Source of the DNA: an uncultured virus (IMG/VR IMGVR_UViG_3300042451_001437)
Lineage: Duplodnaviria; Heunggongvirae; Uroviricota; Caudoviricetes
Direction: 5' to 3' (one strand)
Length of the DNA stretch: 64,000 bases
IMG/VR virus record: IMGVR_UViG_3300042451_001437
The notes under the pieces are model-generated. The model ran no database searches, was not told the origin of the DNA, and was given only the letters and a program-made list of their open reading frames with translations. The first letter of the stretch is position 1. Every line of letters begins with the position of its first letter. The position numbers were made by a program, and so were the translations under genes. This document shows positions 18,533 through 28,390 of the stretch, piece after piece.

Positions 18533-21500
18533 TTATGGTATTCTTATGTAATCCCTTGGATCAACGGTTTCAGCTGTTACCAAAATTGCACCGTCAAAAT
18601 CAATTTTAACTACTCTACCTTCACTTATATCTTTTAATTTTATTGTTCTTGTTACTATTCTACCAACATTTGTTTTTGTTGATGTGAAATATCCATTATC
18701 AATACCATTGTCATTTGTATCAAATAATGTATAATTATCCATAAAACCTGATACATATCTGGTAAGATTTCTAGTTATATCAGTTTTAACACTAATTGTA
18801 ATAGATTCTCCATAATTAACAACAATATTTTCATCAAAATATTTATTTCTTCCCAATACTTTGTTAAATAAAGTTGTACCAACTGTGTTATTCTCAACAA
18901 GGACAGTAACATTTGATAAACCGTTTTGATTAATGATTAATCTAACCTCTGGTTTAAATCCAGTTATTAACTCAGTGTTTTCTGGTAGAGGTGGTGCTGT
19001 CATTATTCTAGGTTTCAATTGATCTAATTTAGTTAAATCAGCTTCAAATAAAACACCAAACACTGTTTTAGCTACGTGGCCACAGGGGTTTGTTATCGTC
19101 AAACCACCAATAAACTCACCAGTTAATGGTAAACCATTATCATCTTTTTCATAATAATAATCCATTATTATGTCATTTTCTATCCTTCTAAAACCAGTTA
19201 AACCATATTCATTAACACTTCTAAGATTTGTGTTTTTAGCGTCAAATAATTTATTAACACCATTTAATAATTTAGCGTTTGTTGTTGCGCCACTAAATGT
19301 TTGTTCGGTAAAGCCCGTTTTTAATTTTAAATTACTATCAAAGAAATATAAATTACTTTTGGTTATATCATTTATTGATTCGATAGTACCTTCATAAATT
19401 TTAACCTTACACCTGTCTTTTTTAAATGTAAACTTGTTAACTAACATGAAGTCACGTTCTTCCCAATTAGTAGATAAATGCGGCTCTGTTGTGTTTGAAA
19501 ATGAACCCACACCTGTTTTTGTTCTATATAAAACGTTTCTACTAACAGTGTATTTTTTACTTTGGTAAGTTGAATTACTATTATATGTTGTACCAGTCGC
19601 AATAAAATTTAATATACCATTATCTTCAGTGGTTCTTACTAAGGTATGAAATAATGGTTGTGGGTAAAATGCTTGGTTATAAAACATCCAAATCACTTGA
19701 CCAACACGTCTTACTGGTATAAACCCACCAACATTTGTAATTGTATAGTTATTTTGTATTAAATTGGTATCTTGTGTACCACTAAAAGTCATTAAACTAC
19801 CAGTAGTACCAGTGTAATTTAAAGTTGATCCAGTTACTCTAAAATATTCTATTACATCAGAATTTTCAGGTATTGTATTTGTATCGCCAGGTAACGTTTT
19901 GTAAAACATATCAGCTATTAATATGTCTGTTGAACCAGTAAGAGGTAAAGAGTATTCGTAACCGTTTGTACTAGCAGTAGTTGGTAATAAATTTTTAACC
20001 CTGAAGGCTGATGGTCCATATGAGTAATAAAGTGTGAAAGAGGATCCAGTAGCACCTGTAATGTTTTTAACCCAGAATGGGCTATTAGCGTTTGTACCAG
20101 TTATCGGTAATTCATACCAAGCACCTGTACCACCTGTTGGTGATACCCCAGCTGTGGTACCACTCACGTTAAACCAAAAACTATATTTAGAATCTGTCGC
20201 AAAGTTAGACCCTGGGTAGTAAACCATTTGAGACAATTGATAATCATTTGTTGGGTCCCAAGTTAAAGGTCTGTTATATACGTATTCGCATAAGTTATAA
20301 ACCGCTGTTGCACCAGTTCCACTCACATAAAATTTAACAATGTCCCCGAGATTTAATTTTTGTGATGGTGAACCATCCAATATAATCGGTTCTGAGTACC
20401 TATAAGGTGCAACATTAGGTTTAACAACTTGATTGTTAACTAATTTATCGTACCCTATTGGAGTAAATTTTTTAAGATCGTAACGTTCAATAGGTATGAA
20501 ACAAGCTCTAGCACCATTCGGTCTATATATTGGGTGTATTTCAAAAGTAGCTGCTGAACCAGTTATTTTACATAAATGGTCCGTTGTTATATCTTCAACA
20601 CAAACATATAGTCTATCGACATCAACAGTTGAAACTGTTGTACCAGTTGTTGTTTCTACAACTTTTCTATAATTACTTAATTTAATTTTAACAATGTCAT
20701 TTATAACGTAATTATTTACACTAGAACTAAAGTAAGGTACCGCCTCTAATATATCTGTATATAGCTGTGTTTTGTAAACGTCATTTTCTTTTTTCCAATA
20801 ACCGTATACTGACCCGCTAATTAATTTATGTCTTTTTTTAGATATTAAACTATCCGCTAGGTTACTATTAAAATCTAGTTGATTATAATCAACAAGGCCT
20901 TCATCGTAACCAATAAAATCAATTGTTGTCGAACCAGTTATTTCAACATCATTTTTATATGATTTTAAGAATGGGTAGTTTTGTTTATTAAGGGTTACTT
21001 TTCTAATTTTTGGTGTTTTTCCTATGAAAATATTTTTTGTTAAATTAGCATTTTCAATAGTTTGCGGAGTATTACCAAGATAGTTATCGGTCGAAGTTAT
21101 TGTAAACTCTTTCTCAGCACCAGCAAAAGAATAATAAATTTGGGTATCGTCACTATAATATTGTGGTGTGTTTGTTAATTCTTTACTTCTAACGGTTAAT
21201 TCAAAATTAACGTAATCATTATTATATTTTTTCTCGTAAACGGAAACATCCCCTATTTCTGAACTGTTTTTATATTTTTCGAAATACGCACCATATAATA
21301 AACCAAAATTATTTGTTTCATCATATGATTGGTTTATGTTTAGTTTATGAACAAATTCATACCTATCAAAAGTATCACTAGTTTTAAATAAGAAACTATC
21401 AACAGTGTGATCATCGTTATAACCAATAGGTTCTATAGATAAGGCGTCTTCAAAATAATGGTTATCGATTAAACCTCTACCACCGTTAAAATACACCCTG

Positions 21501-24500
21501 AATCTAGGATCATCTAACGAATCATATGTTGATGCGTTAGTATAATCAACATCAATTGTTTCATACCTAGATAGTTTACATGATTGTGTTATTGGTTCAA
21601 TAACTAAATAAACTTTAGTATCAACAAAGAAAACACCTTCATGTGTAAAGTTAACAACTCTAAGATCACTCGCATCAGCACCACTAAAGTTAAATAATTG
21701 TTCGTATATAATAGAACCAAACTGATCAATTAATTTAATTAAAACAGATTGTTGCGTAGCAAATTCTGATTCAAAGAATAAATCAATATCAAATTTAAAA
21801 TATTTGTTTTGTTTTATTAAGTAATAACCGTTACTTAAGCCAATATTACGATTAACAATATTAAAGTTCGAATTTAAAGATTGGAAATCGATATAGTTAT
21901 TTTTATCTGGGATTAACTCCAAAGATTCAACCAAAGTTTGTATACCAATTGGGTCAGCGTCTGGTGTGTAAAAAGGACCAATTTTATCATCATCTAACGA
22001 ATAAAATCCGTCAAAAGATAATGTGTTTGAGTCACTGATGTACAATTCATCATTTAGTAAATTGTCAATAACTTTATATGTTTCTTGATCTGTAGCACCA
22101 CTATAAACTTGATACAAGTATAATGATTTTGTTAAATTAAATGATATCCTATCGAATAATGGGTTAATTAAATTCTTTTTAATATATGCAGAATTTATAT
22201 GCATATAAGCATCTGTTGTTGTTCTACCAGTATAATGTTGGTATAAACCAGGTACAACGGTTGTTGTTGTTGTACCAGTTGGTGTGGTTGTTGTACCAGT
22301 TACAGTATCAAATGTCACCTCGTAATAAGTTGATCCGTATTTTACGATATCACCCTTATAATATACCGTACCATTTGTCCAAATATTTTCTTTTTGGTAA
22401 GGTACAACCCAATTTGAGGCTACCCCATAAAGTGCGTTATTTGGTTTTGTTGATGATGTATTTTTTGAATACCCGTAATATTTTGATTGCTCAATTGTCA
22501 AATATTTACCAGATTCATCATAATAGTCTGTAATACCAGATGTTGCCATTGATATTGTGTTACCACTAAAGTTAAAGTAACATGTATGTGGTTTTGGTAT
22601 TGGGCATAAAAAGTCAATATCTGAAGCTAAATGAGCGTGACCAAATGATATCGCCTCAATATAGTAATTTCTTTCTTCAAGTGATGTTGCATCCAATGGA
22701 ACACCATCTAATTTTAAATCAATAATTTTAATTACCGAACCAGCAAAACCAGAGTTATAAAAAGTTATGTATCCTGTTGTTGATGTTATTGAGCTTGAAT
22801 GGTTAATAATACCCTGATTATAAACCTCAGTGACTAATGTGGTACCTGAATTTGTTTTACCATCGTGTACGGTCATGTCATCATTAGTATCACTAGTAAA
22901 AGTTATTTGATATGTTCCTGGGCCTTCTGGTAATTTAACCGTATGAACGCTATCAACAGAAGTACTTGGCCCATCTGGTGTTAACCTAATAGAATTAGAA
23001 TCTTTAAATGTTATAGTTTTTGCGTTAGCATCGAAAGGTATATACTCATAAACCATCTCACCGTTAACTGTGAGTGAATCTGGGGTGTGTTTTTGCGTCA
23101 CAACCAAATTAGTTATCGCAACATCATTTGGGAAGTTTCTCATGTTCCAGATTGTAACGTAATTTGTTGTGAAAGTTAAATTAGCTGAATATGTTCTTGT
23201 TGAGCCGCTAAGGCCGCTAATACCATCTAATTGTATACCACCACTTAGATAACCATCATAAATAAGTAAGTCATCTAAACCAGACAATGTAAATGTTAAT
23301 TTGTAAGTACCAGGACCATTAGGTAATGTTATTGTGTCGGTATCATAACCAGCATCTAAAAGAACATAACTTTTTTTAAGTTCTGGGTATGTATTAATTT
23401 GTATTGGGTCGATAAATAAATTATTAGTATTTAACCTATATAATTTATCATTATATGTGACAAATGTTCCGTTTTTTTGTGTTTCAACAATTGGTATCAC
23501 AAACAAATCTGATATATAACAATCATTACCGTAATTATTATCGTTATAGAACGATAATGAATTTGTAGCAGCTGTTATAAGCGAACTATAAGTTTGGGTT
23601 GTACCAGATGTGTAGGATAAACTATCTAATAAAATGCTTGAGTTATTTGGTCCATTATAAATAAGAATATCATCATTACTCGTATATTTAAATGATAATA
23701 TATAAACACCAGGGCCATCTGGTAATGTCACTGTTTTACTAGCTGGGTAAAAATTTGGCGCATCACCTGGATTACCTATACCGAAAGACGCTATGTTACC
23801 TTTATTTACATTTCCGTAATATAACAAATCATTACCAAAATCTAAACCATCTTCCCACTTGTATATCTGAACATCGGTTGAACACGCTTCTTCGATACCG
23901 TAATAAAAACCAAAGTATTCATTAATTGTTGGGTCGTAACCTGAATAGTTTTTACCTCTAAGACCTTCAAACGTATAGGTTGACGATTCCCCAGCAACTG
24001 GTAATTTATTAACACCAATCGGATTAAATGGGTTTGTTAAACCCTGATTAACAGTTTTTTTAGCTAAATCTTGGAATTCGGAACCATCTGTTCCTAACCA
24101 ACCAACATTATTATTTAAACCATGTTTATAGATAAATTTATTATCCATAAACTTAGAGTTCTGTATTTTCTTACCAGCATTTAATATTGTTGTTGCTGGT
24201 GTAAATTGTTGTACTAATTTAACCCAAGACGAATCAAAATAACTTAAGAATTCTAAATCTTTTGTGTTTGTCATTGGTGACGAAACAGCATTTAGGTAAT
24301 CGTAATATATTTTAGTTAAAGTTGGGTACGTTTTAATTGTTTTTCTATTGTCTGGTTTAACGTAATTGTCAAGTGACCTCTGTAAGAATTGATTAAATGT
24401 CAAATCACCACCATTGATTGTTGGCACAAAGGCAAAAGTCAAATCACTATTAATATTAAGACTGTTTCTATTGTAATACCTGTAAACAGATAAATCAAAT

Positions 24501-26575
24501 ATCTTATCAGACGCTAAATAAACTTCTAATTCTTTAGAATTGATTACTAATTTAGAATGTGGTTCATAATATTCGGTGTAACCAACAGAATCTTCCGATA
24601 ACCTTAAAACTTCTTCTGTGCTATAAGCCCAAGATTTTACGTTATCGGTGTATCTATCAACTGTAAACATACTAACACTACCTCTTTTTTCAAAAGCTTG
24701 TATGTATTGTTTACCAAAATCATAAGGGCCAAAGTTTTTACCGTTATTTGTTGTAGTAAAACCGCTTTCCTGGAATCTAACATCATGTGGTACCGTTGGG
24801 TAACCATCTTTATCAAAAGGTAATAATGTTAATAACGTTTCATCTGAATAAGCACCACGAAATATTTCGAACGATTTATCTGTGAAGTTAACTGGATTTC
24901 TAGCGATGTAAATCTTTTCATCTATTTCAAAAATAGAATCTGGTAAACCAACTAAATTTAATATAAACTCAATTGATTTTCTAGTACCTTTTGATTTCCA
25001 AAGATAATAAGCGTTTATAAAAATTCTTCTCCATAACTCAATGTCAATTTCAGCTGGGGTTAAACCTGGCTCAACGTTAAGATCTTTTATATTGAATAGG
25101 GATTCAATTATTGTGTTTTCATCTTCAACATTATAAGTTTCAAAACCCAACATGTTACCAAAATTCTTAACCAACAAATCGGGTATGTTCTCAATTTTGT
25201 CATAAGTTAAATTCGTCATGAAGGTTATACCATCAATGTATTTTCTTATATTATCAAAGTTTTTACCGATAAGGCCAAACATTAAATTTATTTTTCTATC
25301 ATCAGTGTCAAATTCTTTTAAAGAATCAGTTGTTAAGAATCTAGAAATTAAATTTGTTTTAGTGGCATCAAAATCATCTGAAATCTGATTTAATTTTGTT
25401 AGGAACTTATCAAAGTCTGATGTAAAAATATCAATATTAAGCTCATCAAATTGTGGAAAAACAAGATGTTCTTCCATATTTAATCTAGCACCAGAATCGG
25501 TAACTTTAGCATACCTAATAACAGATTTATAAACCTGTAAATCATAATCATAATCCATTAAAAATTTACCCATATCGGATAAACTGTTTTGGAACTCGTC
25601 AAATTTCCCCAAAGAAGGTTTTAACCAAAATGTTGTATTAACCGTTTGGTTATTATTAACAATGGTACCAAATGGATTACCTTCCACGACCAAATAAATA
25701 CCATTATCAGTATCAGTTTGGTTACTAGGCAAGGTTGCGTTTAATATTTTATATTCAGTATTATTAAAATATACAACAAAATCACTGTATCGCTTAGAAA
25801 AGTTTCTAAGTGGGGTTATATTTTCACTATCATTTAGTGTTGCACCTGTTACAGTATACTCAACACCAAACGGGTTTTCGATATTATTTAAATTTATCTT
25901 AAATTCTGATGTATCCTTATTAGTGTTATAACTATAATCAGTAACTGTCGGTGATAATAAACCAATAACGTTTAATCTTATTGATGCGGGATATTTTTGT
26001 GATATCTCAACAATTGTATTTTTAACGGTTTCCTTTAATGGTGAGTATAAAACATAGTTTTCTAGTTTTTTCTTATCAAAAAGAATTGTTACCGTTAAGT
26101 TATTCTCAATTTTAGCGTTAATTGTTTCAACTAAGTTAGTTGACGTTTGTGTGTTTTTATTAGGATTTAAGTTATTAATAGATTCCGCTGTATAAGTCCT
26201 TGTTTCAGGGCTAATATTAGCTGTTTTTCCAACAACTGGTTTCTGCGAAACACTTGTATTAATCGAAAAATTACCCAGGGTAAAGAACGGATCACCAGCT
26301 ATTTCATTATTGCTATTAGCGAATTGTAAACCAACCGCTTTATCAGCAATATTACCTTTACCAGAAATGGCATTAGATACACCTTGACTCCTTACAAATC
26401 TTAAAGCTTGTTCGTAGGCTAAATAGGTCGCACAAGGTACGTACTTATTCTGTCCATTAATATTATACGTTCTGTATCCATTACAACCCAGACCAACTGA
26501 AGCTGCGAGTGCCGCTTCTGGTGTATCATATAAATCGGCTATTAATGGTGTGTTTGAGTAACTAAGATTAGCCAT
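18533..26575 (-). CDS. Giant baseplate wedge/fibre protein (2680 aa; P2 gpI/T4 gp7-like region plus adhesin-like repeats)
   Basis: RRIFINAYYLWKSKGTRKSIEFILNLVG (gpI-like), three LPxGPG..DD..IYDG repeats, several W..Y..GD.V.Y CBM5/12-like motifs. Confidence 0.7.
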   Translation of the reverse strand: MANLSYSNTPLIADLYDTPEAALAASVGLGCNGYRTYNINGQNKYVPCATYLAYEQALRFVRSQGVSNAISGKGNIADKAVGLQFANSNNEIAGDPFFTLGNFSINTSVSQKPVVGKTANISPETRTYTAESINNLNPNKNTQTSTNLVETINAKIENNLTVTILFDKKKLENYVLYSPLKETVKNTIVEISQKYPASIRLNVIGLLSPTVTDYSYNTNKDTSEFKINLNNIENPFGVEYTVTGATLNDSENITPLRNFSKRYSDFVVYFNNTEYKILNATLPSNQTDTDNGIYLVVEGNPFGTIVNNNQTVNTTFWLKPSLGKFDEFQNSLSDMGKFLMDYDYDLQVYKSVIRYAKVTDSGARLNMEEHLVFPQFDELNIDIFTSDFDKFLTKLNQISDDFDATKTNLISRFLTTDSLKEFDTDDRKINLMFGLIGKNFDNIRKYIDGITFMTNLTYDKIENIPDLLVKNFGNMLGFETYNVEDENTIIESLFNIKDLNVEPGLTPAEIDIELWRRIFINAYYLWKSKGTRKSIEFILNLVGLPDSIFEIDEKIYIARNPVNFTDKSFEIFRGAYSDETLLTLLPFDKDGYPTVPHDVRFQESGFTTTNNGKNFGPYDFGKQYIQAFEKRGSVSMFTVDRYTDNVKSWAYSTEEVLRLSEDSVGYTEYYEPHSKLVINSKELEVYLASDKIFDLSVYRYYNRNSLNINSDLTFAFVPTINGGDLTFNQFLQRSLDNYVKPDNRKTIKTYPTLTKIYYDYLNAVSSPMTNTKDLEFLSYFDSSWVKLVQQFTPATTILNAGKKIQNSKFMDNKFIYKHGLNNNVGWLGTDGSEFQDLAKKTVNQGLTNPFNPIGVNKLPVAGESSTYTFEGLRGKNYSGYDPTINEYFGFYYGIEEACSTDVQIYKWEDGLDFGNDLLYYGNVNKGNIASFGIGNPGDAPNFYPASKTVTLPDGPGVYILSFKYTSNDDILIYNGPNNSSILLDSLSYTSGTTQTYSSLITAATNSLSFYNDNNYGNDCYISDLFVIPIVETQKNGTFVTYNDKLYRLNTNNLFIDPIQINTYPELKKSYVLLDAGYDTDTITLPNGPGTYKLTFTLSGLDDLLIYDGYLSGGIQLDGISGLSGSTRTYSANLTFTTNYVTIWNMRNFPNDVAITNLVVTQKHTPDSLTVNGEMVYEYIPFDANAKTITFKDSNSIRLTPDGPSTSVDSVHTVKLPEGPGTYQITFTSDTNDDMTVHDGKTNSGTTLVTEVYNQGIINHSSSITSTTGYITFYNSGFAGSVIKIIDLKLDGVPLDATSLEERNYYIEAISFGHAHLASDIDFLCPIPKPHTCYFNFSGNTISMATSGITDYYDESGKYLTIEQSKYYGYSKNTSSTKPNNALYGVASNWVVPYQKENIWTNGTVYYKGDIVKYGSTYYEVTFDTVTGTTTTPTGTTTTTVVPGLYQHYTGRTTTDAYMHINSAYIKKNLINPLFDRISFNLTKSLYLYQVYSGATDQETYKVIDNLLNDELYISDSNTLSFDGFYSLDDDKIGPFYTPDADPIGIQTLVESLELIPDKNNYIDFQSLNSNFNIVNRNIGLSNGYYLIKQNKYFKFDIDLFFESEFATQQSVLIKLIDQFGSIIYEQLFNFSGADASDLRVVNFTHEGVFFVDTKVYLVIEPITQSCKLSRYETIDVDYTNASTYDSLDDPRFRVYFNGGRGLIDNHYFEDALSIEPIGYNDDHTVDSFLFKTSDTFDRYEFVHKLNINQSYDETNNFGLLYGAYFEKYKNSSEIGDVSVYEKKYNNDYVNFELTVRSKELTNTPQYYSDDTQIYYSFAGAEKEFTITSTDNYLGNTPQTIENANLTKNIFIGKTPKIRKVTLNKQNYPFLKSYKNDVEITGSTTIDFIGYDEGLVDYNQLDFNSNLADSLISKKRHKLISGSVYGYWKKENDVYKTQLYTDILEAVPYFSSSVNNYVINDIVKIKLSNYRKVVETTTGTTVSTVDVDRLYVCVEDITTDHLCKITGSAATFEIHPIYRPNGARACFIPIERYDLKKFTPIGYDKLVNNQVVKPNVAPYRYSEPIILDGSPSQKLNLGDIVKFYVSGTGATAVYNLCEYVYNRPLTWDPTNDYQLSQMVYYPGSNFATDSKYSFWFNVSGTTAGVSPTGGTGAWYELPITGTNANSPFWVKNITGATGSSFTLYYSYGPSAFRVKNLLPTTASTNGYEYSLPLTGSTDILIADMFYKTLPGDTNTIPENSDVIEYFRVTGSTLNYTGTTGSLMTFSGTQDTNLIQNNYTITNVGGFIPVRRVGQVIWMFYNQAFYPQPLFHTLVRTTEDNGILNFIATGTTYNSNSTYQSKKYTVSRNVLYRTKTGVGSFSNTTEPHLSTNWEERDFMLVNKFTFKKDRCKVKIYEGTIESINDITKSNLYFFDSNLKLKTGFTEQTFSGATTNAKLLNGVNKLFDAKNTNLRSVNEYGLTGFRRIENDIIMDYYYEKDDNGLPLTGEFIGGLTITNPCGHVAKTVFGVLFEADLTKLDQLKPRIMTAPPLPENTELITGFKPEVRLIINQNGLSNVTVLVENNTVGTTLFNKVLGRNKYFDENIVVNYGESITISVKTDITRNLTRYVSGFMDNYTLFDTNDNGIDNGYFTSTKTNVGRIVTRTIKLKDISEGRVVKIDFDGAILVTAETVDPRDYIRIP

Positions 26576-27461
26576 TTCCTACTATATTGTTTAATCCTTT
26601 TGTTGTGTCTATATTATTTCTTCTTGTTCTAACTTCAAACAATTTGTTATCGGTACTATCTTTAATCTCATATAAATCATATTGAGCATAAATGTTACCA
26701 TCAAAATCGTATAAAGTGTAGATCCCATCTTCCATTGATTTAGTTTGATCTGAGTATAAAGCAATTGCTAAACTTTCAGCGTCATAATTAACCAATTCAA
26801 CCTCAAGTATTTGTGGTGTGAAACTAGTGCTTGTTATAATAACATTTTGACCTTTATAACCGATAAAAGGTGTTGCTGTTGGTTTAAAACTTGGTGCAGC
26901 GTTTGGAGTTACCGTGCAAAATAACAAGGATCCAACGTTGTTGTACGTATATTTGATTGTCTTTACGGAGCTGTTTGGTGTATCCACTTGAACTGGCTCT
27001 ACAATGAAAGAGGAAGTAACAATTCTGTAAATATTTGATTGTTTACTACCGTTTTCGTTTAAATATTCAATTCTATAACCATCTAAACCGTTATTAGTAA
27101 ATTTACTTCTAAATTCGGTTGGTACATTTGTTGTGTTAAATACAAGGCCTTTAATATCTGGGAATGTGGCTAATTCAGCACAATCCTCAATTTGTAATCT
27201 AATTTGAGTTGGTCTAATGTAAACGGTGTAAAAACCCCTCGCATTAAAAACAGTTTTAGGTAAATCCAAATTATACATACCACCCAACACCTCAATTGGG
27301 TTGGTTGGGTCGAATACTTGTTTCATAACATCAGTACCCTTTAATTTTGTAATTGTTTGAGTTTCAGTTGCGTTTCTTGTTTTACTGTATAAAACAATAA
27401 CTTCTATATCTGAAGGGTCAACATCCGCTGGTCTTTTAACACCATATACACCTATTCCCAT
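26568..27461 (-). CDS. Hypothetical virion/baseplate protein (297 aa)
   Basis: Full ORF in the structural operon, coupled to neighbours. Confidence 0.75.
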   Translation of the reverse strand: MGIGVYGVKRPADVDPSDIEVIVLYSKTRNATETQTITKLKGTDVMKQVFDPTNPIEVLGGMYNLDLPKTVFNARGFYTVYIRPTQIRLQIEDCAELATFPDIKGLVFNTTNVPTEFRSKFTNNGLDGYRIEYLNENGSKQSNIYRIVTSSFIVEPVQVDTPNSSVKTIKYTYNNVGSLLFCTVTPNAAPSFKPTATPFIGYKGQNVIITSTSFTPQILEVELVNYDAESLAIALYSDQTKSMEDGIYTLYDFDGNIYAQYDLYEIKDSTDNKLFEVRTRRNNIDTTKGLNNIVGNG

Positions 27462-27463
27462 AT

Positions 27464-28390
27464 TTATTGATCTTTAAAATTATATCCTCTTGTGTTTATT
27501 TTGTAGTATCCAAATCCTGTTTTTGTCAATTCATTTAAATCTTTAACATTTTTTAGTTTTCTAATAGGTTCAAACACATTATTTGTACCTCTATCTATAA
27601 ATACTTCGGATAAAATTTTTGGTTCGTCAACCATGTCAGAATAATAATTTAATCCAGGTCTAACCGTTTCATCCGAATTATCTCTCATGTATTTAAATAT
27701 AGTATTTCCAGCAGCATTATCAACATAAAATATGGGATTTGGCGTATCTAAATATAAAACATATTCAATTCTAGCTTCAGATTCCAATAAAATCATCCCA
27801 ACCACATTTGTACCACTAACTTCTATTCTTTTACCAACCCTAATATTTGGTGGTGGTGGCGTAGCTACTATAACACCACTAGGGTCACGTAAAATAACTT
27901 GTTTTTCGTTTACTTGTTGGTATTGTTTAAAAGCTACATCCTTAGGGTAACTAAGATCTAATAAAGAAAATTTACTATCAGTTACACCCTCTATAAAATA
28001 TTTTTCTGGGGATGGTAAAAAATGGGTTTTAATATCCTCTAACGTTGATATAACACGAACTACACTGGTTTGGCCCACATCACCTGGACGGGACGTTTGA
28101 CTATCAGGTAATGTTGATACGGTAAGGGTATTTGTAGTACTATTTTGACCTACGTCACCTAAACCAGATGTTTGTCTATTCTCTAATGTTGATGTACTAG
28201 TGGTGTTTGTTTGACCCGCTTCAGTTAACCCAGTTGTTTGGGTATTAATAGCTATTATTGATTCAATCTGTGCTATTTTATCACTTGATTCATGTTGATA
28301 CGGTAAAACAAATGATCCGTTTGGGTCAATTTTTGTTTCAAGGTATACATTGATTACCCTATCTTCCCCATTTATTAAAATTGTTTTCAT
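27464..28390 (-). CDS. Hypothetical virion protein with three internal degenerate repeats
   Basis: 308 aa; QT.G..D.GQ...STL repeats. Confidence 0.75.
   Translation of the reverse strand: MKTILINGEDRVINVYLETKIDPNGSFVLPYQHESSDKIAQIESIIAINTQTTGLTEAGQTNTTSTSTLENRQTSGLGDVGQNSTTNTLTVSTLPDSQTSRPGDVGQTSVVRVISTLEDIKTHFLPSPEKYFIEGVTDSKFSLLDLSYPKDVAFKQYQQVNEKQVILRDPSGVIVATPPPPNIRVGKRIEVSGTNVVGMILLESEARIEYVLYLDTPNPIFYVDNAAGNTIFKYMRDNSDETVRPGLNYYSDMVDEPKILSEVFIDRGTNNVFEPIRKLKNVKDLNELTKTGFGYYKINTRGYNFKDQ

Noticed and set aside
18533..26575. Diversity-generating retroelement target
   Set aside because: No reverse transcriptase and no TR/VR pair differing at adenines seen; internal repeats are diverged at all positions.
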